Assembly: GCA_025558095.1 (NCBI GenBank)
Contig: JAIVFI010000012.1
Span: forward strand, 620,001 to 684,000
Reading direction: 5' to 3'
Length of the DNA stretch: 64,000 nucleotides
From: Hyaloraphidium curvatum SAG 235-1
Taxonomy: Eukaryota > Fungi > Monoblepharomycota
The translations under genes and the position numbers were made by a program. A model generated the notes under the pieces. It was not told where the DNA came from. It saw nothing but the letters and a program-made list of their open reading frames with translations, and made no database searches. This document shows, in pieces, positions 1-10,985 of this stretch (the stretch's first letter is position 1; every line of letters begins with the position of its first letter).

Positions 1-218
1 GGGGACGGCGGAGGCAGGAGACGAGGGCGCGGGAACGAGTGGCCGGTCGGGGAAGGAGCTTGCCACGATTTTGTCGGGTCGGGCCGTTCGGGAGTCGATC
101 CAACGCCCAACTTGTCTCCCGGGCCGGCGCACACTCGCTCGCATCACTCGCCGATATGTCCAGGAGACAGCCATATCCAGTGTCTATCAAAGCCAGAATA
201 AGGACAATGAAGTGCCCG

Positions 219-1502
219 CTACATGAATGCCGCCGCGATGGCCGCCGCCGCCAGCGCCCAGACCATGCCCCCCGCACCTGCCTCCCTCCTGGCGGACGAC
301 CCGATCTGGTCCACCAACCCCCCGGGAACCCCATCCAGCGCACCAGGGCGGCTCCTCGATGCGGTGCCCGTTGGCGCAACCTGCGTCAGCCTGTTCGGCG
401 CGGTGGTTGTCGACGTCGGCCTGCCGAGCGACAGCGTGCGCCGCGTGCTCCGCGAGGTGGTCTCCACCGCACCGGTCGGTTCCTCCTCCGCCACCGTCGG
501 CGCGGCATCCACCGAAGGGGAGGGCTCAGGAGGCCCCGAGGGCAGCTCGGTGACCGCCGGCGCCTCGCTCGTCGTCGTCGTCCCTGCACCGTCTTCGGGC
601 TGCTCCGTCTCGGGCCCGGCATCGAACCCATCCGGCCTCACGCCAAGCGGCACCACCACCCTGCCCACGAACCCCGTGCAGCCGTCCGTTATCGACCCGT
701 CGCCGTACACGGTCGCGCACCGCCCTCCGCACTGCGCCGCGGCGCTCTCGGCGATGTAGAAGAACCCGCAGGCGTCGGCGCAGGGCATGTCCAGGGGCGA
801 GGGGCCGAAGACGGCGTCGCAGAGCGTGGCGACGTCGGCGAACTCGGCGGGGATGTCGGGGGTTGCCGAGGGGACGGTGGGGTCAACCGCTGGAGAGGTG
901 GGCGTGGGGAGCAGGGTGGCGTCGGTGGTGGCCTCCGAGGTCGGTTCCTCCGGCGCCGGTTCGGGGCTGGGTTCCGGTGCGGGCTCCGAGGTGGCCTCCT
1001 CGGCGGGCAACGTCTGCGTGGCCTCGGCGGGCAGCGTCTCCGTAGCTTCGGCCGGCAGCGTCCCCGTCGCCTCCTCCCCGACCGTCGTCGTGGTCGTGTG
1101 CGTCTCGCTAGTCGTGCTCGTCGTCGCCGCCGTCGTGGTGCTCGTGGTCCGCGTCCGGGTGGGGAACCGCGTCCGGGTGCGGAACGACCTCGACGTCGTC
1201 GCGGCTGTCGAGCTCGAGGTCGACCGCGTGGCCGTCCGCGACAGCGAAGAAGACGTGCTCCGCGTCGACGAGGTCGCCGAGGTGGTCGACGGGCCGGGCG
1301 CGAGCTGCGTGGCAATCTGCCGCCGCGCGACGGCGACCTCCGCGGCGGCACCGCCCGGCCCCGCGGGGTCCGCGGCCCCGCTGGCGGCCCACGACAGCAA
1401 AGCAAGCAGCGCCGCCAGCAGCCGCGCGAGCCGCACGGTCCGCTTGCCCGCACCGCCGCGCGCCGGGCCGGCCTGCCGTCCGCGCAGCCGTCGGGTACTC
1501 AT
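219..1502 (-). CDS. Secreted or cell-surface Ser/Thr/Pro/Glu-rich (mucin-like) protein with a small 6-Cys domain, probably GPI- or TM-anchored
   Basis: ORF from ATG 1502; hydrophobic LARLLAALLALLSWAA segment, long S/T tracts, TLPAEAT repeats, Cys cluster (LCDAVFG..CADAC..CGGRC..DGC), hydrophobic C-terminus (GGMVWALAAAAIAAAFM). Confidence 0.7.
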   Translation of the reverse strand: MSTRRLRGRQAGPARGGAGKRTVRLARLLAALLALLSWAASGAADPAGPGGAAAEVAVARRQIATQLAPGPSTTSATSSTRSTSSSLSRTATRSTSSSTAATTSRSFRTRTRFPTRTRTTSTTTAATTSTTSETHTTTTTVGEEATGTLPAEATETLPAEATQTLPAEEATSEPAPEPSPEPAPEEPTSEATTDATLLPTPTSPAVDPTVPSATPDIPAEFADVATLCDAVFGPSPLDMPCADACGFFYIAESAAAQCGGRCATVYGDGSITDGCTGFVGRVVVPLGVRPDGFDAGPETEQPEDGAGTTTTSEAPAVTELPSGPPEPSPSVDAAPTVAEEEPTGAVETTSRSTRRTLSLGRPTSTTTAPNRLTQVAPTGTASRSRPGALDGVPGGLVDQIGSSARREAGAGGMVWALAAAAIAAAFM

Positions 1503-1905
1503 CGCGTCCTCCTGCCCGTCTGCCGACCCCGATATCCGATGAAGCAACCGCAGCGATTACAATGTGCTCCACGCAGTGCTCGTTAGAAGGTCAACGCGGC
1601 AGACGGAGCCGCGAGAAGCGCATGTGGGAGCAGGATCTCTCGCTGAGGCGAAGCCCGGGCTGGGGAGCGGCCAACCTTCCGCAGCTGGCTTCCCTAAACG
1701 GCGGGGCGCGACAAGGCCCGACCGGCGCGCGAGACCGAGGGGACCATGCGAGGTGCGAGTGGCATGCATGATGTAGGTGTCGTCGGCCCGGGGAAGCGAA
1801 ACGGTCGGGCACGGAGAACCGGCCCGCCTCCCCCCCCCGTGCAAGCCCCTCGCCAGAGCTGCCGACGGGGGCCTGGAAAGTCTTCTCCAATAAACACGGA
1901 CGAAG

Positions 1906-3485
1906 CTACACCTTCGCCAACCACTTCCCGCCCGACATGTGCATCCTCAGCGCCCACGCAAACCCCGCCGCCACCAGCATCACCGCTCCCGAGAACGCCA
2001 TCATCCCCAGGTACCCCGCCGCGTCCACGATCGCCCCCTGTATCTCGGGCCCCGCCAGGGACCCGTACGCCGCGAACGAGATGGCCATCGACATGGCGCC
2101 CGCCGCGGACGCCTCGTCGAAGTTGTTTGCCACGGTGTTTCCGACGAGCGCGTTGAAGGCGCCGTTGGCGAAGCCCTGCAGTGCCATGTACCCGAGGAAC
2201 AGGGCGCCGGTCCGGGCAAAGGGCCAGAACGCGACCATCAGCAGGCCCGAGAGGGCCACGTAGAAGGAGACGTTGGTGGCGGGGCCTCCGATGCGCTCCG
2301 CAAAGGCGGCCGAGGCCGCGCTCCCGAGGATCTGGCCGGCGTTTAGGACCACGACGGAGTGGGCGGCCTGGGTGGGGTCGAGGCCGATGACGTCGCGCGC
2401 GTACGAGGGGCCGAATGTGGCGGGGCCCAGCGATCCGAAGGGGAGGAAGAAGATGAAGCCGCAGGAAAGGAGGAAGGGGGTGGAGAAGACGAGGCGGCGG
2501 AGGGGGATGTGCTCGCGCGGTGCGGATGCCGGCTTCAGCTGGTCCCTGGTAAGAGTGGCATAGTGGCTCGATAATCCGGGCAGCGTCTCGATGCTGGCGG
2601 CGGGAAGGGTCGCCCTGTGCAACGTGACCGTGCTGTTTAGCGGGTCTGCGGCGACTACCTGCTCCTCCAAAGTCCCGCAGGTATCGGCTGTCGACCCCGT
2701 GTCCGGAACCGGAGGCCCGGCTTCTGCAGAAGAGAGAGGATCGCAAGGCGGACCCGCGTCTCCTTCCTCGTCCCAGCTCTCCGCCGGGACGCACAGCATC
2801 GACGCCCCCGAGAGCACCGCACCTCCCACGATCCCCGTCACCCTCAGTGCCCACGGAAGACCCCAAGCATCGATCATGGCCTGCGTCGCCGCGGCAAGCG
2901 CGAACCCGCCGAATCCCATCCCGGTGATGGCCAGCCCAAAGGCCGTCGAGCGGTAGTCGCCGGCCATGGCAAAGTAGCGGGGAATCATGCCCATGGTCGC
3001 GAAAACGACGAAGCTGGCCCCGAGCCCGGCCAGGAACCCCTGCGCAAAGACGGTGAACCCGAAGGAGGGCGACGACCCGGCGAGCAGGAACGCGAGGCCG
3101 AAGGCGGCGGCGCCCGCGAGCGCGGCCGCGCGGAACCCGATGCGCGGGTGCTCGGCGAGCCGGCCGGCGGCGAGGCCGAAGAGGGTCGAGGCGAACTCGG
3201 CGAGCGCGCCGGGGAGCTGGCACCGGCGCTGCTGCCCGTCGAACCCCGCGACGGGCGGCGGGGTGGAGCAGTATGCGGCGGCATACACGCCGTAGCTGAC
3301 TATAAACCCGACGGCGAAGAATTGAGTGAAGAACTGTGGCATGCAGGGCCGTCGCATGGGTGGATTCGGCGAGCGGATGTCAGCGAGGCCGGCGGGGCCC
3401 GCAGCGTCGCGCTCACCACGCCGAGGACGAGGATCCAGCGGAAGGTCCCCTTTCTGAGGCGCAGACGGCCGCGCAGGAAGTGCAT
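1906..3485 (-). CDS. MFS transporter, monocarboxylate-transporter (MCT/Mch)-like; 2 exons
   Basis: Exon 1 MHFLRG..WILVLGV, intron 3334-3416 (GTGAGC..CACAG), exon 2 FFTQFFAVGFIVSYGVY; about 12 hydrophobic segments, GRLAEH and AFAERIG loop motifs, RYF..YRSTAFGLAITG. Confidence 0.85.
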
Positions 3486-3855
3486 CGCGCACCGTTTCGT
3501 TTCAGCATTCCACTGGTGTTGAATGGTTCGTGACTCGACGGAGGGACGCGGATGACTCAAACCCTTGAGGATCGGGTGACGTCAGGATGCCTCCTTCGCC
3601 CCGGGAAGCGCGCAGGGGCACAAATACAAGCCGAGCAGGGGTATGATGACTCTGCTTGCTCATGTTCCTAGGTAGCGATCTTCCTGCTGTACGCACTACA
3701 AGCACGAAAAGGCGGCCAGAGTCCGACACGTCGGGCCATCCGCGAACTTCCCCTCGTGCAAAAACGCGAGGCACGGAAGCATTCTTCACGTCCCGCCCGT
3801 AAGGGTCGCGGGGGACGCGGAACGCGATGCGATGCCAATGGCACCGCCGCCGGGA

Positions 3856-4603
3856 TCATCTCCGCTTCAGCCCGTACCAATTAAGCCCAAATGTCTGCTG
3901 CAGCGCCCACTCATCCCACCGAATGCGTCGCACGTCCACGTCCAGCGTCCGCCCGGTGCGCTCCGCCGGTGCCTCGAGCCCCGCGCAGCCCAACCACGGC
4001 CGAGGTGTAGAATTCCGAATATCTTGGCGAGTCGATGGTGCCCTTCCCAAAGTCGGCCGTGATGGGAGGTCTGGGCACGTAGCGCTGGAAGTCCGCGTCT
4101 GCGCCGAGCACCATGCCCCCTGGACGATGGCGAAAGCGACGATCGCACTCTCCGCGCCCGGGCCGATGACGGGGATGCCGCTCTCGGCCAGGAAGTCGGC
4201 GAGGAGCACGTCGGTGGCCAGCGGCACCGGCTTGTTCCCGTCCACAATCTCCTCCCCCGTCCGGACCTGCCACTTTTTGCGCGCCTACTCGTGCGTGGCG
4301 AACCGGCTCGGGCTCACCACGGCGGCCGCGTTGACGCCCGACGCGGAGGCGGCCTCCGCGAAAAGCTGCACGCGTGTCTCCATCGTGTCCAGGGCCTCCC
4401 AGAGGTCCGCACTGGATGTTCCAGAAGCGCGTCAGCAAGTGGACAGCGTCCAGGAAGACCTTTGTCCGGGCACGGAGGGGGTAGGGCGCCCACCACCGCG
4501 GCGGCTCGGCTTTGTCGCGCGCACAGTGCAGGGAGCGGTAGCTCTGCCCAGAGCGGCGGAGCACGCTGCCGAGGAGGCGGGCGTTCGATTGGAGGGAGCG
4601 CAT
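3856..4603 (-). CDS. Hypothetical multi-exon protein (about 155 aa) with an Arg/Ser-rich N-terminus, possibly organellar
   Basis: Frames can be joined by four GT..AG introns to give MRSLQSNARLL..ADLWEALDTMETRVQLF..VRTGEEIVDGNKP..ADFQRYVPRPP..QTFGLNWYGLKRR*; no family recognised. Confidence 0.45.
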
Positions 4604-5150
4604 CGCGTGCCCGGTTGATGCCGCTTTGGCCGATTTCGCAGATGCGTTCTAGGCAGGGACGCGTTTCGCCTGACGCCACGGGGCCCCGCGCCGCGCTGTC
4701 GGAGTCCCCGCCTCTGCGCTCCTTCATAAGTTGCCCTTGCAGTCCGGTCGAGCCGCGACGGGGATGCAGGCTCATAATCCGACGGCAAATACTGGGATGT
4801 CGATGGTCTCATGGCCCGCCAGACCGGCCGTCTGCGCGCCGTTGTTCAGCGGGGGCGCGTACTGGGTTGCCAACAGCTTATGAACAGGTTCAAGGAAGCC
4901 TGTACCCGGCAGCTCGGCGGACATCTAACCCCTCCCCTCTTCCCCGAATTCAATGTATATGGCGTGACGTGATGTATCGGGGTTGGGGGGCGCTCAGCGC
5001 CTGTGATAGAGATCTGATCGATGGGGTGGCTGCGATGGGTCGATCGGGCGGCGGCGGCAGTAGCCAGCAAGACTCCTCGCATACCGCAGTAGGAGTCAGC
5101 GCAACCGCAACTGCCGGCGCCACACGCGGGCGCGCAGTGTGCGGGCGCCG

Positions 5151-7697
5151 ATGGGGCTGTTCGGCCCGAGCAAGAAGGAGAAAGAGGAGCAGCGCCAGCG
5201 CGAGGAGGAGGCGCGACGGGCGCGGGTGGCGGCGGAGCAGCGTCACCGCGAGGCGGAAGAGCGCACGAAGAGGGAGAATGAGGAGCGGCGCAGGCGCGAG
5301 GAGGAGCGGACGAGGGCAAAGTCCAAGGCGCTGGTGACCGCGTGCTGCGTTGAGAAGCCGGCAGCAGAAATACGCGAGCTCCTACGGTGGCCGGGCGTGG
5401 ACGTCAACTGGAAGGACGAGAACGGAAGCTTCGCGCTCTATTGGGCGTGCTACAACGGCAACGCAGAGGTCGTCCGGCTGCTGCTGGAGGACCCGAGGGT
5501 GAACGTGAACGCAAACAAGGGTGGGGCGACGGGACTCGTTGCGGCGTGCAACCAAGGGCGCATCGAGGTGGCCCGGCTGCTGCTCGCCGACCCGAGGGTG
5601 GACGTGAACGCCGGGAAAGGCGCGGGCGGCACCGGCTTCTACCACGCGTGCTGGAGGGATCACTTGGACGTTGTGCGGCTGCTCCTCAAGGACGCGAGGG
5701 TGGACGTGAACGCGATGGGGGATGGCACGAACACCGGCCTCAAGTGGGCATGCTATGGCGGGCACTCGAAAGTCGTGAAGCTCCTCGTTGCCGACCCGAG
5801 GGTTGACGTGAACGCGGCGGACGGCGATGCTCTTCGTACAGCATCTTACCGAGGGTACTTGGAAGTCGTGAAGCTCCTTCTTGCGGACCCGAGGGTTAGT
5901 GTCGATTCGGGTTTCAGAGGGGCTTGCTCGGGAGGGCAGACTGAGCTCGTGCGGCAATTTCTGGGGGACCCGAGGTTGAACGTCAACGCGGCGGACGAGA
6001 ACGGTTGGACGGGTTTCATCAGTGTTTGCTCCTCGGGCAAAGCCGATGTCGTCCGGCTACTCGTGGCGGATCAGAGAGTGGAAATCAACGCACGGACCAA
6101 GGATGGTTGTACAGGTTTTCTCTATGCTTGCTACTCCGGAAAGGCTGATGTTGTCCAGCTGCTTCTCACGGACAAGAGGGTGGACCCGAACGCCAAGGCC
6201 GAGAAGACGTGGGAGTTGCCGGAAGGCGACGCCAAAGTGGTATTACGCGGCGTTACCGCGTTCATGATGGCCTGCTGGGAGGGCAAGACGGACGTGGTTT
6301 CCCTGCTGCTTGCCGAACCAAGAGTCGACACGGACGCCGTTGACGGAGACGGCAACACCGGCTTCATTTTGGCCTGCCGGAGGAAGCACGACGACCTGCT
6401 CAAGCTTTTGCTCGGCCGTCCGGATCGCCTGGACGTTTCCAAGCGCAACATTCGAGGCCAGAGCGGCGCTGACTTGGCATCCGAAAGCGTGAAGGGCATG
6501 ATTGAGCGCGCGGTTTCAGAGAGACGGACCAAGCAAGCGGAAAAGGAGGAACGGAAGCGGCAAGAGGAGGCAGCTCGGAAGAGAGCGGAGGAAGAAGCTC
6601 GGAAGAAAGCGGAGGAGGAAGCTCCTGACGTGACAAAGTGCCCATCGGAACCCTCGGGCGGCTCCTCCCGATCGAATGCCTCCGCGCACAGCTCCAAATC
6701 CGACCACTCGGCCTTCCTCTCCAAGCTCCGCATCACGAAGGACGAGGTCAGCTACTCCACCGACCCCGCGTCTATCCTCGGCGAGGGCTCCTTCGCCACC
6801 GTGTACCGAGGCGTGCTCAGGGGCGCCACCCGGGTGGCCGTCAAGACGATCAAGGGCGAGGTGAACCCCGGGGCGGTGCAGATGTTTCTGAAGGAGATCG
6901 CGGTGTGGGACGGGCTGAATCAGCGCAACGGTAGGTCCATCGAGTCGGGCCCTCTTGGCCGCCCCGCCCGAGCTCAACGGTACGCAGTGCTCCCCCTCCT
7001 GGCCTTCTGCGAGTCTCCGCCCCTGCTCATCTCCGAGCTTACCGACGGTGATATGCGTTCGCGGCTCGACAAGCTGCGCTGGGACCAGACTGTGGGGCTC
7101 AGGTATCTTCGCGAGGTCGCCACCGGGATGGCCTACCTGCACTCGTTCAAAGTGCTTCACGGTGACCTCAAGTGCGCGAACATCATGATCGGTGCGACAT
7201 CCTAGCCTGTTAACTGTCGCGCATCTGACCTTGAGGCACCGCAGACCACGACATCCCCAAGATCGCCGACTTTGGCCTCGCCAAGGTCCGCTCCCACCTC
7301 TCCCTCACCACCACCCGCGGCGACCGCGAATCCGGCGGGTCAGTGAGCGGCACCCCGCCCTTCATGGCGCCGGAGCTCTGGCGCGGGGGCAAGCTCCGTC
7401 CCCCCGTGGACGTGTACGCGTTCGCGATGGTGTGCTACGAGGTCACCGATGAGGGCGGGTATCCTTTCGAAGGGCTTTGGATGGCGGCAGTGGGTATTCC
7501 TACGCGGCGGACTTGCATCCATCACTGAACTGCAGTGCCTGTCTTAGGTCAGCGAGGCCGTTCTCCGCGGGGACCGCCCCGAGCGCCCTGACAGCGCCGA
7601 CGACAAGATGTGGGCGCTCATGGAGCGCATGTGGGCGCAGAATGCGGCGGACCGGCCGACGTTCGTCGAGGTCTGCGCGGAAATGGAGGGGTGGTAG
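5151..7697 (+). CDS. Ankyrin-repeat + coiled-coil + TKL-type protein kinase; 4 exons
   Basis: About 11 ankyrin repeats (L..AC..G..EVVRLLL.DPRVDVNA); kinase motifs LGEGSFATV, VAVK, HGDLKCAN, DFG, GTPPFMAPE, DVYAF; introns 6931-6987, about 7192-7244 and about 7490-7547; stop TAG 7695-7697. Confidence 0.92.
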
Positions 7698-7904
7698 GCG
7701 ACGCGGCGGCGGCGGCGGTGATGGCCGGAGTGAAGATGGATGCGGAGCATCAGGAGTATTCCATACTTCTGCAGCAGTTACAGATCAGTCGCACGTCCCG
7801 AATGGTGATGGATGAGGTGTCACTACGCGCTTCTCCGCCAAAGCAAACCGCCGCCCCCTGTCGCATTACCCACGCAAACCACAGATCGAATTCGCCTTGA
7901 TAGA

Positions 7905-9059
7905 CTACGCCCTAAACCTCCTTCCCCAGTCCTCCCCCTGTACCACCAACCCTCTCACAACCGGCAACCTCCTCTCCTCATACCTCGCCAACCCCTCCCC
8001 CACACTCACCCCACCGCTTAGCGCCTCGCCCAGCGCCAATCCGTCCGCGATCGCGTGCCTCGCCCCCGCCCCCGTGATCGGGCTCGCCGTGTGCGCCGCG
8101 TCGCCCACGGCCGCGAAGGGCGGGGAGGCGAGGCGGGAGGGGAGGTGCGCGAAGATGCCGGCGGCAAAGAGGCGGCTCTCCTCGACGGTCGCCTGGACGA
8201 GCGAGGAGAAGGGCGGGGGCCATGTTTTCTGGGCGAGGGAGAGGACGTGCTGTGCGGTCGAGGGGAGGAGGGAGGCGGCGGCGACGCTCCGCGGATCGGT
8301 CCGCGAGCCGTTGGCGGTGCGGAACCACGCGTGCACGTCGTCCAGCGTGGCGGCGGTGTACCATCCCCAGTTCAGGCGGGGTTCGGCGTCGGGATCCGAG
8401 GGGTCGGGCGGGATCGGATACGCGACGAGGTGGTCCCGCGGGGTGGTGGCGAGCCGCATCGTATCCGCCGGGAAGTGGACGTCCAGATTGTGCGCGCGGA
8501 GGGAGGAGCGGGGAAGGAGGCCGCGCCAGAGGACGTAGCCCGAGAAGGAGGCGCGGGAGCCGGGGTCGACGAGGTGGCGGAAGGCCGAGTTGTACCCGTC
8601 GGCGAGGACGACCAGGTCCGCGGGGAGGTGTTCGCCGCTGTCCAGCGCGACGACAGCGCCGTTCCCTTCCCGTTGTATGGATTCAACGGTGCGCGGGACG
8701 AGGTACGTTCCCGAATAGCAGGAGCGCAGGTAGCTCGACAGTCCGAACCACGACGCGTGTTCGCCCCTCATGGCTTCCGCGTAATCTCCCTCAGCCTTTC
8801 CGTCGCGCACGAAGGTCACCGTCCTTTTCGGCGTCTTGAGCGTGGCCAGCGGCTCCACCGGCCGCCCGGCGAGCGCGCCGATTGCGCGGACGGTCGCGAC
8901 GTCGACGCCCAAACCCGCGCCGCGGTCGTCCATCGACGCCGATTTCTCGACGACGGTGACGCGCCAGCCAGCGGCAATTAGCGCGGTGCCCGCCGCGAGG
9001 CCCGCGATGGAGCCGCCGACCACGACCGCGTGGCGCGCGGGCACCGGCGCGTTGGACAT
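7905..9059 (-). CDS. FAD-dependent monooxygenase (2,6-dihydroxypyridine 3-hydroxylase/salicylate hydroxylase-like); intronless
   Basis: VVVGGSIAGL Rossmann motif, DRGAGL, ADLVVLADGYNS (DG motif), GYVLWRGL, VGDAAH..SPITGAG (GD motif). Confidence 0.88.
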   Translation of the reverse strand: MSNAPVPARHAVVVGGSIAGLAAGTALIAAGWRVTVVEKSASMDDRGAGLGVDVATVRAIGALAGRPVEPLATLKTPKRTVTFVRDGKAEGDYAEAMRGEHASWFGLSSYLRSCYSGTYLVPRTVESIQREGNGAVVALDSGEHLPADLVVLADGYNSAFRHLVDPGSRASFSGYVLWRGLLPRSSLRAHNLDVHFPADTMRLATTPRDHLVAYPIPPDPSDPDAEPRLNWGWYTAATLDDVHAWFRTANGSRTDPRSVAAASLLPSTAQHVLSLAQKTWPPPFSSLVQATVEESRLFAAGIFAHLPSRLASPPFAAVGDAAHTASPITGAGARHAIADGLALGEALSGGVSVGEGLARYEERRLPVVRGLVVQGEDWGRRFRA

Positions 9060-9920
9060 CGTCAGCGCGATGCGGTGGCCGGCCGGGGGCAGGGCGGCCA
9101 GCACAAGGCAGGCAACGGAAGCACAGGTGGGGAAACGCGTGTTTTCGAGGCAGGTGGGCGACAACGCGGTGTTTGATAAGCGGAGTTCCGGGATCCAAGG
9201 AGGGATTGCTCCGAGCCGCAGCTTCGCCGGGCGAAGGATCTTCTCGCCTTGTGCTGCATTCCATCTGTCGGACTTTCATGATTGTAGAGAAAGGGGCGAG
9301 GGAAGCCCAGCGGGTCCCGCATTGGCGGCCGTTCCCCGGTGATCGGCCATCGTTGAAGTTGAGGTGAGCGTCCCGGACGAGGACCGCTCCGCCATCGCCT
9401 AAGCGGGGGTTTCAGCTCCGCGCTCTTCAAACCTTTTGTCCATCAAGTAGGCCTTTGCCCATCGAACAGGAAGTCAAGGCACGTGATTCGATCGGCCTGT
9501 GAAGGGCGGGCCCCGGGCGGTGGATCCCAGGTGGCTGTGCGTCGCGCTCCGCGCGCATCACAACTAATCGAGGCCTGCGCATTGCGATACGAAGCGGCCG
9601 TGCACTTTGATACAGGGTGTCTTCTCTCACGCGCAGGAACTTCTGACGGCGGAGGATTTCCGTGTGTTCGGGGAGTGACGTGAGTCCAGCCAGGTTTCCG
9701 CGGAACGGTGGAACGTCCGTGGAAAATCGGAACTCGGAAACGTCCAGGGGCCCTCCCGCGGTCAAAAGCTCGACGTGAACACGTCCGTTCCACATCGCAG
9801 ACACCGCCAACTTCCAGCGAACGCCAGACTTTGTTGCGGCCCGCTCAGCCTCTCCGTGAGCCTGTTTGCGGCCCGCTTCCCGGGCCCGCACCGAACATCC
9901 TTCCTCCCAAGCAGACCACC

Positions 9921-10769
9921 ATGCACATCGAAGGCTTCGACCTCGACGCCTACCTCTCCCGCATCGGCGTCTCGGGCCCCCTCCCCCCGACCGCGGAGAC
10001 CCTACGCCGCCTGCACCACGCGCACGTGCTCCGCATCCCCTTCGAAAACATCGACGCCTTCCTCGGCCGCACCCCCGACCTCTCCCCCGCCGCACTGCAC
10101 CGCAAAATGGTCTGCTCCCCGCGCGGGGGGTGGTGCTACGAGCACGTGCACCTCTTCTCCCTCGCGCTCGAGCACGTCGGCATCAGGGCCGAGAAGGTGC
10201 TCGCGCGCCCGCGGTACCTCATGCCCCCCGGCGAGACCGGCCCCAGGGGGCATCTCACCCTCGTCGCCACGCTCCCCGACGGCGAGCGGTTCCTGTGCGA
10301 GCTGGCCTACGGCAACGCGACCCTCACCGGCCCCGTCGCGCTGCGCGAGGGCGAGGTGCAGGAGACCAGCGACGACCGGTGCCGCGTGCTCCGCGAGGAG
10401 GGGATGTGGCTGCTGCAGGTGCACCGCGGGGGCCGGTGGACGGACGTGATGCTCGTCGGGGACGGGGAGACGAGCCCGGCGGACATCGATTTCGCGCACT
10501 GGACGGTGGCAAACAGGCCCGAGAACCTGCCGACGGAGAACGTGATCATCTCCATACCGGTGCAGGGGGGCAGGATGACGCTGACCAACCGGCGGATGGC
10601 CGTGGCCAAGGGGTGGGACGCGGGGAAGGAGGAGGCGACGTCGGCGGACGCGCTGGACTCCATGAGGGAGGCGCTCAAGAGGTTCGGGATCCGGATCGAG
10701 GACCCCGACGTCGAGAAGATGCTTGCAAAGCTGGGGCAGATGAGGCCGGGGCGGCTGCCGGTCGGGTGA
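9921..10769 (+). CDS. nat: Arylamine N-acetyltransferase family protein; intronless
   Basis: DLDAYLSRIG, HVLRIPFENID, RGGWCYE (catalytic Cys), GHLTL (His), CELAYG at the usual DVGFG position. Confidence 0.92.
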   Translation: MHIEGFDLDAYLSRIGVSGPLPPTAETLRRLHHAHVLRIPFENIDAFLGRTPDLSPAALHRKMVCSPRGGWCYEHVHLFSLALEHVGIRAEKVLARPRYLMPPGETGPRGHLTLVATLPDGERFLCELAYGNATLTGPVALREGEVQETSDDRCRVLREEGMWLLQVHRGGRWTDVMLVGDGETSPADIDFAHWTVANRPENLPTENVIISIPVQGGRMTLTNRRMAVAKGWDAGKEEATSADALDSMREALKRFGIRIEDPDVEKMLAKLGQMRPGRLPVG

Positions 10770-10985
10770 TAGGTTGCTGATGCGGTGGATGCGGAGCAAT
10801 CGGGGGAGTTTCGTTGGAGCAGACAGAGCTTATGCATTCTTTCGTCGATCGTTATCCATGCAAGACACAACCATACTTGAAGTGTCGGATTTGCGGCCGA
10901 CCGCGGGCCCTGCAGCTCTCCAGTCCACTCCAACCGCTCGGAATCCACCGGTCCCGCCCGACCGGCGACTCCCACCACCCACCGC

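Noticed and set aside
4285-4287. In-frame TAG suggesting readthrough or an alternative genetic code
   Set aside because: It lies within a plausible 51-nt GTGAGC..GGCAG intron, and TAG is used as a normal stop elsewhere in the window
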